From Guillardia theta CCMP2712 (Eukaryota; Protista; Cryptophyta): 34,203 nucleotides of DNA. How positions within the stretch are numbered: the first letter of the stretch is position 1; the number at the start of each line of letters is the position of its first letter. A model generated the notes under the pieces. The model was not told the DNA's origin. It did not search any database and was given only the letters and a program-made list of their open reading frames with translations. Made by a program: the position numbers and the translations under genes. The DNA lies in assembly GCF_000315625.1 (NCBI RefSeq), contig NW_005434599.1:314070-348272 (forward strand), given 5' to 3'. Positions 1 through 9,844 of this stretch are shown in pieces.

Positions 1-1370
1 ATCTCTTGACGAACTCCACTTGAATCTTGAAGCAGAGGCAATTAAGTGTTCCACTGTTAGCAAAAGTAGCCTGGTGCTTGATTGTTGTAGACGTGAATAC
101 CTTTCTCCTTCAAGAGATCAATAACTTGATCATATGCAGCTCTCACAGTCCTCTGAAAAACCTCAGGACTGTCTCCATATGGAATGTAGGACATCGTCAT
201 AAGGCATGATGAACTTCGGACAAGCTTTTGCCAGAATTTCCATTCTTTCTTCGAACAGTCTACGCCGTAAGGGAAAATGGAAATGGTGACTTCAGTTGCC
301 TTCTGAGGATTGCCAGCCGAGAAAGTCATTGTTGCACAGTCATAGTTGATCGTGATAACAAGGCGATGCTTCCCGTGAAGTTTGAAGATATCAATCCACT
401 CTTCGACAAGTTGAAGGAGGCCGAGACAATGTGTCCCATCTGGCAAACAGAACAGTTTGAATCTTTCGCACATCGCATGCTTCTCTTGTACTCTAACCCG
501 TGATATTTTTGGCATTGGAATAAAGCAGCCAGCCATGCTATCGTTTGCACGACAGAATCCTTGGTACTGCGATTTCGTTATACCGTTTGCTGTCAGGGCA
601 ACTGCTGCCTCTCGCGCGCTCGGCATCATTTGCCTGACCGCAGGTTTCAGGCAGTTTTGAAGCTCCTTATTCGTGGCAAGTTCATTTTTTATGACTGTCT
701 TGAAGGCTTGACTGCTCAGAATGCCTTCAAAGAACGTAAGGCTATCGTATTTCGAAGTTTTGCACTTCTTCTGCTTTCGAGGCCCCTCGGCCGCTTCCTG
801 TCCAGAGTCATCCTCACACTGGTGGTGAAATAGATCAGCAAAATGTCCCCATTTCACTCGACAATTGGCCTTGTGTGACGCAAAGTGCCGATCTACCTTC
901 TTCGTGACCACATCTAGAAGGTCCTCATCAGTGTCACCCTGGATCTTCTTCAGAATCGCTGTTTTCACTTTTGGATCTTTGATAGAATCGTAACAAGCCG
1001 GAATTGGTTCATCAGAGTCGGAAATAATCCCTTCGCGTATGGCTTCATCCACATGATGACTAAAACCTCTCTGCTCCTCATACTCTTGTAAGATTCGAAG
1101 CAACAACTCAGGAGATCTACCTGCATCTCAGGTGTTACAAAGATTTGAATTATACAAATAATCTCTTTTCAAACCTATGGCCTTCAGGCAAGCATTGACA
1201 TTAGGTTGTCCTTGCCATTTTCCTTGTTTATAGAGGAAGCCCGCTCGACTTGCCAGAGACTCCCAGGTGAGCAATTCATCGTCTTCCAGGGTGATCGTTT
1301 GTTTGCGACGTCTGCACGAACTTCCTTGCAAAGGTGGGGATGACGGATTTGATAGATTTGGTCCTGACAT
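1..1370 (-). mobile_element. Spliced gene for a putative RAG1/Transib-like DDE transposase, truncated by the window edge
   Basis: ORFs 1128..1370 and 57..1106 share a frame and are joined by removing a 54-bp GT-AG intron (1121-1174) that contains the TGA. The motif order AVALTANGITKSQY..G..P..RVQEK / VITINYD / PQKATEVTISIF / SSSCLMTMSY..GDSPEVF parallels the RAG1 core. The region is more AT-rich than the flanking host genes. Confidence 0.5.
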
Positions 1371-1487
1371 GGTTAATCAATGTTTTAATGTTCAAAATGC
1401 CAGGCCAAATTTCAAGATCCCACTGACATGTCTCTCAACTTGTGCCGTGGCGACTGGCCTGTGGAAAAAATTCAAATCCCTGAAATA

Positions 1488-1860
1488 GGGATGGGTGGGG
1501 AACAGGGGGGACTACCCTACCCCCTATTTGTGAAAGCACTAGCAGAAAAGGACCCGGTGACTTCATTCTTGTACCAAACCCAGAAACACAGTACACAATG
1601 AATTTGAATCAGTTACAAAATATTTTCGAACCTTAGTATTGAATTTCTAAGTCTTTTCTACTGTGTTTCCAATTTATATTTATTTTATGATTATCCGTAT
1701 CCTTCTAAAACGTTTTCGCAGCCTTAAAACATGTCGTCTGTTAAAGTTTCGAGGGGAGTGGGGTGGTCTTGAAGGTTACCGCCCATGACATTCAATACCC
1801 CACCCCCTATTACTAGATGATATGGGGGTAAAGGTGCTTCTGTGCGAGGGCAGTACCCGT
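1488..1860. repeat. G-tract/C-tract intergenic element, copy 1, including a canonical G-quadruplex motif at 1488-1510
   Basis: GGGATGGGTGGGGAACAGGGGGG. Shares TTCGAGGGG..GGGGTGGT and CAATAC..CACCCCC with 25220-25470. Confidence 0.5.
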
Positions 1861-1893
1861 ATTATGAGCAGTCAAAGTACGGGTCATTGAAAG

Positions 1894-2041
1894 NNNNNNN
1901 NNNNNNNNNNNNNNNNNNNNNNNNNNNNNNNNNNNNNNNNNNNNNNNNNNNNNNNNNNNNNNNNNNNNNNNNNNNNNNNNNNNNNNNNNNNNNNNNNNNN
2001 NNNNNNNNNNNNNNNNNNNNNNNNNNNNNNNNNNNNNNNNN
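1894..2041. other. Assembly gap
   Basis: Run of N. Confidence 0.99.
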
Positions 2042-2584
2042 CCTGCATGCTCCTGCTGCTTGTTGCTTGATTGCTTGACCCTTAGGCTGCTTGTCTGCGC
2101 GGCTTCGCGCTTGGGCTGGCGCTGCCGCGTCTGGGTGCCAGCAGTGCTGGTTCTTTTCGGGCTTGTGTTTTGTGTGTGATTGTGCAGCTTCTCGCTGTGG
2201 ACTGTGTGCCTGCCGGTTCAGCTTGTTCCTGCTTTGTTTTGCTTGAGGCACTTTTTACCTTCTGCCAGTAAATCCTATATCTTCAGGGCGTTTCATTTTG
2301 GACGTCCCCTTCTGCTGCATGTCACAGAGTCACCCCTCCTAGCGACTGTTGCTTGGCCCTTCCTGCTTGCCAGTCTGCGCGGCTTCGTCACGATGCAGAC
2401 GGTACCGTCGGTGGAGATGGCAAGCCTGAGGGATGAACACTTGAGGAGGCCCGAGTAGTCATGGGCGATGATACCCGGTGACCCAGCCCGGTGTTTGCGA
2501 ATCTTCTCCAACGCTCAGCGGCAACATGGAGCCAGGAGTCACGAGGTGAGTTGTGATGACGAGCGCGGACGGTCGAGAGCTGAC

Positions 2585-2790
2585 GAGTCAGGCGGCCCGG
2601 CCCGGTTGAGGCCCGGGCCGGCCCGGGCCCGGGGTGGCCCGCCCGGCCGGGAATCGGTGCACTCGGAATCCCCGACGGTGGCCAGGCTCTACTAGAAATG
2701 ACAGTGAAGTACCTTTACTCAAAGTTAAGTTAAAAATCAGTACGAGTACCCGGGCGGCCCGCCGCGGCTTTCCGTTGAGTAGGAGGAGGG
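2585..2790. repeat. GC-rich CCGG/CCCGGG island, copy 1
   Basis: Dense GGCCCGG/CCGGG words. The AGTACCTTTACTC motif near 2708 recurs as AGTACCTTTTACTC near 26060. Confidence 0.5.
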
Positions 2791-3012
2791 CCGTTGGTGA
2801 TGGCGGGGGGAGCGGGAGGGCAGCAGGTGAAGTTGCCAGCCCTGGCGCTTGGAAGGCGAGAGCATGGCAGCATGACAGCTCGAGACAAGCTCGAGCATGA
2901 CGAGCTCGCCAGCAGCATGCAGGAGGGACGGCGGGGGAAGTCGGAAGTGAGGATGAGAGGAGGGCATGGGAGAGCAACGGGAGCAGTGAGTGAGAGAAGC
3001 CATCGGCACTGC

Positions 3013-4464
3013 ATGGTGGATCAGTCTGTTTCCTCCCTCATGATAGGAAACGTTCCCAAGTACTACACAGTAAAAGTGACCCTAGAATCAGCTGTGGTTG
3101 TGATCGACGGGGAAAGCAAGGAGCGAAGTGTGAAAGTTTGCACCTCCATGGACGGAGTGACTTTCACGAGCACAAGCTGCAAGGTCTTGGAGGCAGACAA
3201 CGCTCTCTCGATCAACGAGACGTATATCTTTCATCCGCAAGGGAGTTTGTTGGGTTCATTTCTGTTAATTCGAGCACTCATGAGCCCTGTCAAGTCAGAG
3301 CAGGAAGAGGTTGCGATGGGGGTAGTGGATCTGTCAGGAGCGTCAAGCTCTGACGGGATCATTCGGATCCAACGAAAGCTGAAGAGCGAGGGAAGTAAGT
3401 TGCACGTCAGTGTGAACCTGAGCATCCAAGTGTTGCCGCGAAGCAAGTCCTTCTCCATCTCCTGGGGCTCGGAGTCAGATTCCATCTTCAGGCGATCAGG
3501 TTTCGCCGTCTCTTCGCGCGGGCTTGTTAGTACTCCCCAACCTTATCAGAAGCGCGGGCTGCCCAAGCACGTGAGCTTCTCGGACCTGAGGTTGGTTCGC
3601 AAGGTCGCAGAAGAAGCGGAGGGGTACGAGGTGTGGCGAGCGGTGGATGCGAACAAACGATGGTACACGGTCCGTCGGTTTCTGGTGACGAAGAAGCAGT
3701 GCCGTCAGATGCTGACGTCTTGTCTTTCTGGTCTCATCGATATGGAAGGTTTCCGATCTGTTGGGGTCTGCGACGCTTTCCTGGTCGGTCTGAACGTGAG
3801 TGTGGTGTTGGATGATGGCGATGGTGTCTATCTGCGAGAAGCAATACAGAAGAATGGAGCTCCGGCCGAGCATGTGACCTCTCTTATCCTGAAGCAAATC
3901 TTATCAGCCCTTCAGTACTTGCACGAACATCATTCGAGAATCCACAACGACGTTGACGCGAGGAATGTTGTGTGTTTGAGGAACGGAGAAGTCAGAGTCC
4001 GAGGTTTCTGTTACAGTCAGAAGTTGATCGGCACATCTCAAACTTTCTGTGGACCTTACCTGCATATGTCTCCCGAGCGGTTACTTGGGTTAGAATGCTC
4101 ATTTCCATCAGATGTGTGGAGCCTCGGCATACTCGCTTACGAGCTTGCAACGGGAAATTTGCCAGACAGCTATGTGCAGAACTCTTGTGCATCAAACATC
4201 TTAAACTTCAAGAATGTCGTCATCAACCAACCCAGTCCTTCAATCAAGGAGAACGCCAACATATCAAGTCAGTTTCGCCATTTCGTGGATTGTTGTTTGA
4301 AGAAGAACGCGCGCTCTCGTGCCACCATCTCAGAGTTGCTCGCTCATTCCTTTTGCAGTCGTCAAGACGCCTGGATCACGACGGTGGGAGCTTGGGTACA
4401 GACAGGACAGGCTGCTCATGGAAGGCCACACGAGAAGCGAGGCTCAGTTGTGACGCAGGGCTGA
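3013..4464 (+). CDS. C2-like domain plus MAP2K (STE7/MEK)-like kinase fold, probably a pseudokinase
   Basis: Intronless ORF, open from 2794, with likely start ATG 3013. The N-terminal beta-rich segment (INETYIF, MGVVDLS) is C2-like. Kinase C-lobe motifs are HMSPER, SDVWSLGI and FRHFVDCCLKK..R.T.SELLAH.F. The catalytic motifs are degenerate (HNDVDARN, GFC). Confidence 0.85.
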   Translation: MVDQSVSSLMIGNVPKYYTVKVTLESAVVVIDGESKERSVKVCTSMDGVTFTSTSCKVLEADNALSINETYIFHPQGSLLGSFLLIRALMSPVKSEQEEVAMGVVDLSGASSSDGIIRIQRKLKSEGSKLHVSVNLSIQVLPRSKSFSISWGSESDSIFRRSGFAVSSRGLVSTPQPYQKRGLPKHVSFSDLRLVRKVAEEAEGYEVWRAVDANKRWYTVRRFLVTKKQCRQMLTSCLSGLIDMEGFRSVGVCDAFLVGLNVSVVLDDGDGVYLREAIQKNGAPAEHVTSLILKQILSALQYLHEHHSRIHNDVDARNVVCLRNGEVRVRGFCYSQKLIGTSQTFCGPYLHMSPERLLGLECSFPSDVWSLGILAYELATGNLPDSYVQNSCASNILNFKNVVINQPSPSIKENANISSQFRHFVDCCLKKNARSRATISELLAHSFCSRQDAWITTVGAWVQTGQAAHGRPHEKRGSVVTQG

Positions 4465-4530
4465 CATGGAGGAGAGGGATCGAGAGGGGTGGAAAAATGT
4501 ATTTACTCGAGAGCAGCTTGCCCTCCTGGT

Positions 4531-5802
4531 CTACCCGTATTTGTCGGACTTGAGGCTTGACATTCGCTTCTGGCTCGCCTCCATCACTTTCTCCAAATGC
4601 CCAGAGGCTGACCGAGTTTCCGGCGAGCTGTAGGAGGGTCGAAGCAGCTCCGACGTCGCTTGCCCTACTAGATCGGTCCTGGCACCTGCGGCTCGTCCTG
4701 GAGTCGAGGATCCTTGTTTGATCAACATCTCGCTGACCAGCTTCGTCACAAACTCCGTCAGGTTGTGTCGCTCTTGCAGCTTTTCAAGGGCGCTTTGCTC
4801 TCGGCTCTGAGCATACAAGTCCCGCAGTCGCGCCTCTTGATCATGGATCAGCTTCTTAGCCTGTGACAGCTCGTTCTCCAAGTCGTTGATTCGCCTGTCA
4901 GGCGTCCCGCCCTTGACGGGCCCGGGCAGCTTCACGTTTCTCTCCAACACGTTGAGACGAGAGTCAGTCAGCGAGCGATGGTCCTGCAGCTGAGCCTCCA
5001 GCCGTGCGATCTCTTGCAGGTGGAGGTTGTGCAATGTCTTTCTATCCGTACACAACTCTTCGTACTTCTCGCTCAGCCTCTCGAACTCTTCCAGCTGCTC
5101 TCTGCAGCTCTCAGCAACTTTCTCATGTCCCTTCACTATCACATCAAGTTTCGCGCTCACGTTCTCCTTCTCGGTCTTGCAGTCGACGAGCTCAGACCGG
5201 CAGGCGCTCACCTGACTTCTCAGGTCTGCCAGCTTCTCATTCAGACCTCCGACCTGACCATCCAGCACTGTCAGCGCCTGCTGCTGAATCTGAACAGCCT
5301 CGCTCAGCCTGCGGAAACCTGACTCAGTCCATAGTCTCAGTCGCTGCACTGAATCCTCGGACGCTTGGGTCGAACCCTTCACCACGTTCAACGCATTTCT
5401 GAGCTCTGCGATCTCTGGGCCCAGTCTCTGCACTCCTTTGGCGACAAGGGTGAACTGATCTGACGTGTCAACTTTGAACCTGTTCATTTCTCCGCACAAG
5501 ACGTCGATCTCTTCCACCATGATCTGAGATAACGAGTCGATGACGCTGCCGAGGGATCTCATCTGCTCCTGCACTGACAACACCTCGCTCTTGAGCTGCA
5601 TGGCCTTCTCAAGCTTCTCAGACACCTGCTTGCGGAACTTGCGCAGATGCCTTGTTGAAACCAACTTCACTGGCGCGTTGCTGGCAAACGGACAGTTGGT
5701 AGTGGTGGCAATGATGCCTGCGTAGGGGTGATGCGAGATATCATGCTTCTGGCAACCTCGAGACAGGAGCTGGTTCAACTGAAATGGCCTGGCAAATGCC
5801 AT
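4531..5802 (-). CDS. Coiled-coil protein of unknown function (423 aa ORF; 5' end uncertain)
   Basis: Long ORF with E/L/Q/K-rich heptad pattern, convergent with the kinase gene. Confidence 0.7.
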   Translation of the reverse strand: MAFARPFQLNQLLSRGCQKHDISHHPYAGIIATTTNCPFASNAPVKLVSTRHLRKFRKQVSEKLEKAMQLKSEVLSVQEQMRSLGSVIDSLSQIMVEEIDVLCGEMNRFKVDTSDQFTLVAKGVQRLGPEIAELRNALNVVKGSTQASEDSVQRLRLWTESGFRRLSEAVQIQQQALTVLDGQVGGLNEKLADLRSQVSACRSELVDCKTEKENVSAKLDVIVKGHEKVAESCREQLEEFERLSEKYEELCTDRKTLHNLHLQEIARLEAQLQDHRSLTDSRLNVLERNVKLPGPVKGGTPDRRINDLENELSQAKKLIHDQEARLRDLYAQSREQSALEKLQERHNLTEFVTKLVSEMLIKQGSSTPGRAAGARTDLVGQATSELLRPSYSSPETRSASGHLEKVMEASQKRMSSLKSDKYG

Positions 5803-5974
5803 TGCTGATCGGACACGGGTTGCGAATAAATAGAGGAGGAAGAAAAAGAGAACGAGATGGCGATGGTGAGGGAGGAGAAGGAATTGAGGGGATACGGAAA
5901 GGGCTGACGAGGAAGAAGGGGTGCTTGTGTGGTTGAGTGGGGAAGAGAAGGGTAGGGATATGGAGGGAGTAGGA

Positions 5975-6290
5975 TGAGGAGGAAGGGAGGAGGAGAGGGA
6001 GGAGGAGGAGGGGGAGGATGTTCTAGTAGCGCATCACTTCGCCCGACATCATCTCATCCGTTGTTTTTCAATTGGGTAGGCCACCCACCAGTCCTAATCA
6101 CCGTGAGTCCAGCTAAAGGGATGGGGTGGGGTTATTCTGTCGGGGAATGGGAAACGGGAGGGAGAAGGGAGGGGGAGGGAGAAGGGAGGGGGGAGGGGGG
6201 AGGGAAAAGGGAGGGGGGAGGGAGAAGGGAGGGAGAGGAGAGGGGACGGGGATGGAAGAATAAGGCGAGTTGGGGAAGGGAAGGCAGAGA
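5975..6290 (+). repeat. Purine-rich (GGA/GGGA) low-complexity tract, interrupted by unique sequence
   Basis: Runs of G and A. Confidence 0.7.
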
Positions 6291-6291
6291 T

Positions 6292-6739
6292 GAAGCCAAG
6301 GATGGCGTAGGAGGGCTAGCAGAAGCCAAGGATGGCGTAGGAGGGCTAGCAGAAGCCAAGGATGGCGTAGGAGGGCTAGCAGAAGCCAAGGATGGCGTAG
6401 GAGGGCTAGCAGAAGCCAAGGATGGCGTAGGAGGGCTAGCAGAAGCCAAGGATGGCGTAGGAGGGCTAGCAGAAGCCAAGGATGGCGTAGGAGGGCTAGC
6501 TGAAGCCAAGGATGGCGTAGGAGGGCTAGCTGAAGCCAAGGATGGCGTAGGAGGGCTAGCAGAAGCCAAGGATGGCGTAGGAGGGCTAGCTGAAGCCAAG
6601 GATGGCGTAGGAGGGCTAGCAGAAGCCAAGGATGGCGTAGGAGGGCTAGCAGAAGCCAAGGATGGCGTAGGAGGGCTAGCAGAAGCCAAGGATGGCGTAG
6701 GAGGGCTAGCAGAAGCCAAGGATGGCGTAGGAGGGCTAA
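6292..6739 (+). repeat. Minisatellite, 30-bp unit, about 15 copies
   Basis: GATGGCGTAGGAGGGCTAGCAGAAGCCAAG repeated. The only internal variant is A>T at 6501, 6531 and 6591. Confidence 0.98.
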
Positions 6740-7164
6740 CAGACCAGGTCTGAAGATTGATGATATGTTTGAACATATTTGGTGCACAGGTGCAGAAGCT
6801 TGGAATGAATGCGAGGTGAAGAAGAAAATGAGGAATGCCGTGAGAGGAACTGGTGGTGTGAGGCCGGAAGCACCTGGCATAAGCTATTCAGTTATCTTGA
6901 TCAATCTCTAGGGAAGCTCGAAGATGCTGTTCGAACACAATTACACTCAAGGTCGTTGACTGGCCACGCTCATTCGCCGGCAGCAGAGACCCGTTGAGTG
7001 GGTGTATCTAGTAAACATGGTCAAGAGGACAGTCAAGGCATCATTTTATCAAAACTTGATGCTAAGGTGAGCATACCCGCGAAATAAAGATTCATCAAAT
7101 GTACTTGATCTGACTCTTCTTCTTGAGTCCCTTGTCGCAGTCAAGTGCAGACAAGTGAAGGCGG

Positions 7165-7312
7165 CTGGCGCATGTACAGACTATGATGCCTCTTCTGCTG
7201 ACTATGATATCTTTTCATCGACATGAAAAGATATCACATGATGCCTCTTCTGCCAGAGCTATGCTGGCGCATGTACAGACTAAGATGTACAGACTATGAT
7301 GCCTCTTCTGCC
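7165..7312 (+). repeat. Local shuffled duplication
   Basis: GCTGGCGCATGTACAGACTA and ATGATGCCTCTTCTGC each recur 2-3 times. Confidence 0.8.
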
Positions 7313-7539
7313 ATTGCATGTGGTCGTAAATTCTTCAAAGAAGTTTCCGATATTCAACTTGCGATGACAAAGCTTGGTGTTGGAAAAATTTCCAGAAATT
7401 TCCTAATTTTGTTGCTTATTTTGAATATTTTACTAAGCAAACAAATGAAATGTTGATATAATATTCGAAACTCTGAAAATTTCTTTCTCAAGTTTGAAAA
7501 CTTGTCAAGTCGCGATCCGAATTGATCGACCGTTGCGAC

Positions 7540-9393
7540 ATGGCCGCGTGCTGCTTTCTGAGTCGCCGTCGAGCGCCTCCCTCCCCTCCTCCAGCACCTT
7601 CCATTCAGCATTCTCCTCCAGCTCCTTCTCTCATACAGTCTCCTCCAGCTCCTTCTCTCATACAGTCTCCTCTAGCTCCTTCTCTCATGCAGTCTCCTCT
7701 AGCTTCTCTCTCATCTCCATCCACCCCCCCTCTCGAAAGCTCTCAGCAGCGCCACGCTCATTCACCGTGCGATCGGAGGCTGATCAAGCACAAAGATGGC
7801 TTGCAGAAGGTGAACCTCTGCAACACAACAGAGTCGTTGGCCTCGACATCGCCGTTTACTAGTACGTCATCATGTACGGAATCAAAGTCACGAACAGACT
7901 GTGAGGAGATTCAGGAGTTTTCACTCCAATTGAGTGCGATGGGGTTGGAGTCTCTTTCACGGAGCGTGCTGAACTCACAGATGCGCTTGGGAGAGATCAA
8001 ACAGATCATAGATGCCCTTGAGATACCAAAGGACAAGAACTCACAGGAGATGAAAGATGATGTAGCATTGGAATCATCCCGCAGCGGTGAAGGAAGCAAC
8101 ACCAGCATGTCGGAGGTGAACGGCGAGTCGGTCATGATCTTCCTCTCGAGGACCGACAAAAGAAGCCCAGTGGAGGTTGAAAACAGTTACGCGAGATCTG
8201 ACAGAAGAGCCAAAGAACGCGAGAGTGGATTCAAAGACACAACGCCGCTACGGCGCACGGATGATGTCGTCCCACTCGATCTCAGCCAAGATAGCGCATT
8301 AGTTAAAGACCTTCGACGCCCCGATCGGCCGACAGAGCAAGAGGGGCAAATAAGGCAGCAAGATATGCATCGTCAAGAAAATCACAGAAATGTACTGGTC
8401 CAGCAGAATGCGAGTGTTGAAAGCACAGCTACACTGGAACAAGATAAAATCTTGTTTCACTTGTTTGTGCAGCAGAAACAAACTGCAGATCTCAAGCACG
8501 AGTTAGACGAAGCAAAGCAAGAGCTTGAGCATCTCAAAGCTCAGCTACTTATACCTGAGATAAGAAAGGAATCTCATCTGCAACTGATGCAAGGAACGCT
8601 GAAAGAATCATGGATGAAGGTCAGCCCATCAAACCTTCCGTCAGGTTCGGGAGTGACGCCCAACGAAAAGCGAGAGTCGCGAGGAGCAGCAGATAATTGC
8701 TCTTATCTTCTTCCCTTGCAGCAAGTCACCAAGGTCGAGGCACTTGCGGCCTCGGGGCATTCCACCAGGTCAAACTCAGATCAAGGCTCGGACTCCCCTG
8801 GTTGCCAGCACGTGCATGTCGAGGACAGCGCAGTGATGCAACCTTTTCAAGGAGCTTGCACTCCACCGCTGACAGAGAGTTGTTGCTTCACTCCAGCCTC
8901 TTCACCTCGTGCGTCTCCTGCTGAGTGGGATGGCGAACAAGCAGGAGATCATACACCGAACCCGGTGACGCCAGAAGGAGAGGAAGAATGCGAGGACAAG
9001 GAGGATGAAGGGGATCACTCTATTCTTGTTGATCTCATTCACACCATCCGATCTTCGCAAAGGTTTCCATCTTCTTTACTCTCTCGTCTGATTTCTCGCA
9101 GGTCTCACCTGAGTCGCAACGAGACAAACTCAGCGTCAACTCGGCGGCATCTCGAAATGCGAGCTCCGACTCCGAGCTCGGAGTGCTCGTCGCGCACCTC
9201 AGGAGGGCTGGATAGCAACGAGCTGTCTGAAAGCAACACGGAGATGACGGGCTCGCTGCGAGATCTCATGACACACCACACGCTTCCTATCAAGGCACCG
9301 CTGCACGTGAGAAGCTCAGCTCCTGGAGGCATGCCCCGGGTTATCCCGACGTTCCGTCTTCGCATCAGTGATGGATCAACTGATTATCAGTGA
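7540..9393 (+). CDS. Ser/Pro/Glu-rich hypothetical protein with a short central coiled coil and N-terminal SPP(A)PSL(I)Q repeats
   Basis: Intronless ORF of about 617 aa from ATG 7540, with a 27-bp repeat about 4 times at about 7580-7710. An AT-rich region lies upstream. Confidence 0.7.
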   Translation: MAACCFLSRRRAPPSPPPAPSIQHSPPAPSLIQSPPAPSLIQSPLAPSLMQSPLASLSSPSTPPLESSQQRHAHSPCDRRLIKHKDGLQKVNLCNTTESLASTSPFTSTSSCTESKSRTDCEEIQEFSLQLSAMGLESLSRSVLNSQMRLGEIKQIIDALEIPKDKNSQEMKDDVALESSRSGEGSNTSMSEVNGESVMIFLSRTDKRSPVEVENSYARSDRRAKERESGFKDTTPLRRTDDVVPLDLSQDSALVKDLRRPDRPTEQEGQIRQQDMHRQENHRNVLVQQNASVESTATLEQDKILFHLFVQQKQTADLKHELDEAKQELEHLKAQLLIPEIRKESHLQLMQGTLKESWMKVSPSNLPSGSGVTPNEKRESRGAADNCSYLLPLQQVTKVEALAASGHSTRSNSDQGSDSPGCQHVHVEDSAVMQPFQGACTPPLTESCCFTPASSPRASPAEWDGEQAGDHTPNPVTPEGEEECEDKEDEGDHSILVDLIHTIRSSQRFPSSLLSRLISRRSHLSRNETNSASTRRHLEMRAPTPSSECSSRTSGGLDSNELSESNTEMTGSLRDLMTHHTLPIKAPLHVRSSAPGGMPRVIPTFRLRISDGSTDYQ

Positions 9394-9430
9394 ATATGTA
9401 CACCATGTATCATCTCTTCGCTCCAGGCCG

Positions 9431-9736
9431 CTAGATGGCGAGCTCTCTCAGCAACTCCTCAAGTTCTTTATCCTTATCCTTCATGTACGCGTCACCAGTT
9501 TCTATCAGGCTGATCGCTTTGTTGATGACCGCCAGCCTGTGTCTGGAGTAGTTACCAACGGGAAGCTTCGACACTCTTGCCTTCTCGTCTAACAAGCATC
9601 TTAACTTGGTCTCTATGATACCCGCCAGCTTCTTGTCGGCACCATGGCTGACGCTCTTGGAGTAAGGCTTCGCCTCTCGGGTCAGCTTTCGCTGTCTCCT
9701 CGCTGGTCCATGCTCGCTTCTTCCTGCTTCCTCCAT
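9431..9736 (-). CDS. Small helical hypothetical protein, 101 aa
   Basis: Clean ATG-to-stop ORF with protein-like composition, filling the space between two + strand genes. Confidence 0.65.
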   Translation of the reverse strand: MEEAGRSEHGPARRQRKLTREAKPYSKSVSHGADKKLAGIIETKLRCLLDEKARVSKLPVGNYSRHRLAVINKAISLIETGDAYMKDKDKELEELLRELAI

Positions 9737-9844
9737 CTCGGGGCACTCGGATTAACATTATTATTGTTCACTTTAATATTATTATCTCCCCCATAATAAC
9801 GTTATAAGTGTATTTAGTGTTACAGTGCTGGTTGCGAAGGAAAC
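9737..9844. promoter_or_regulatory. Probable bidirectional promoter, 108 bp and AT-rich
   Basis: Lies between the divergent ATGs at 9736 and 9845. Contains the palindrome ATAACGTTAT at 9796-9805. Confidence 0.55.

Noticed and set aside
1128-1130. In-frame TGA between two ORFs as selenocysteine or readthrough
   Set aside because: It falls inside a well-formed 54-bp AT-rich GT-AG intron (1121-1174).
2042-2520. Possible gene fragment after the first gap, including a RAG2-like partner
   Set aside because: Only short ORFs, with no kelch or PHD features and no consistent splice pattern.
6292-6739. CRISPR array (30-bp periodicity)
   Set aside because: The units are contiguous with no unique spacers, there are no cas genes, and the context is eukaryotic.
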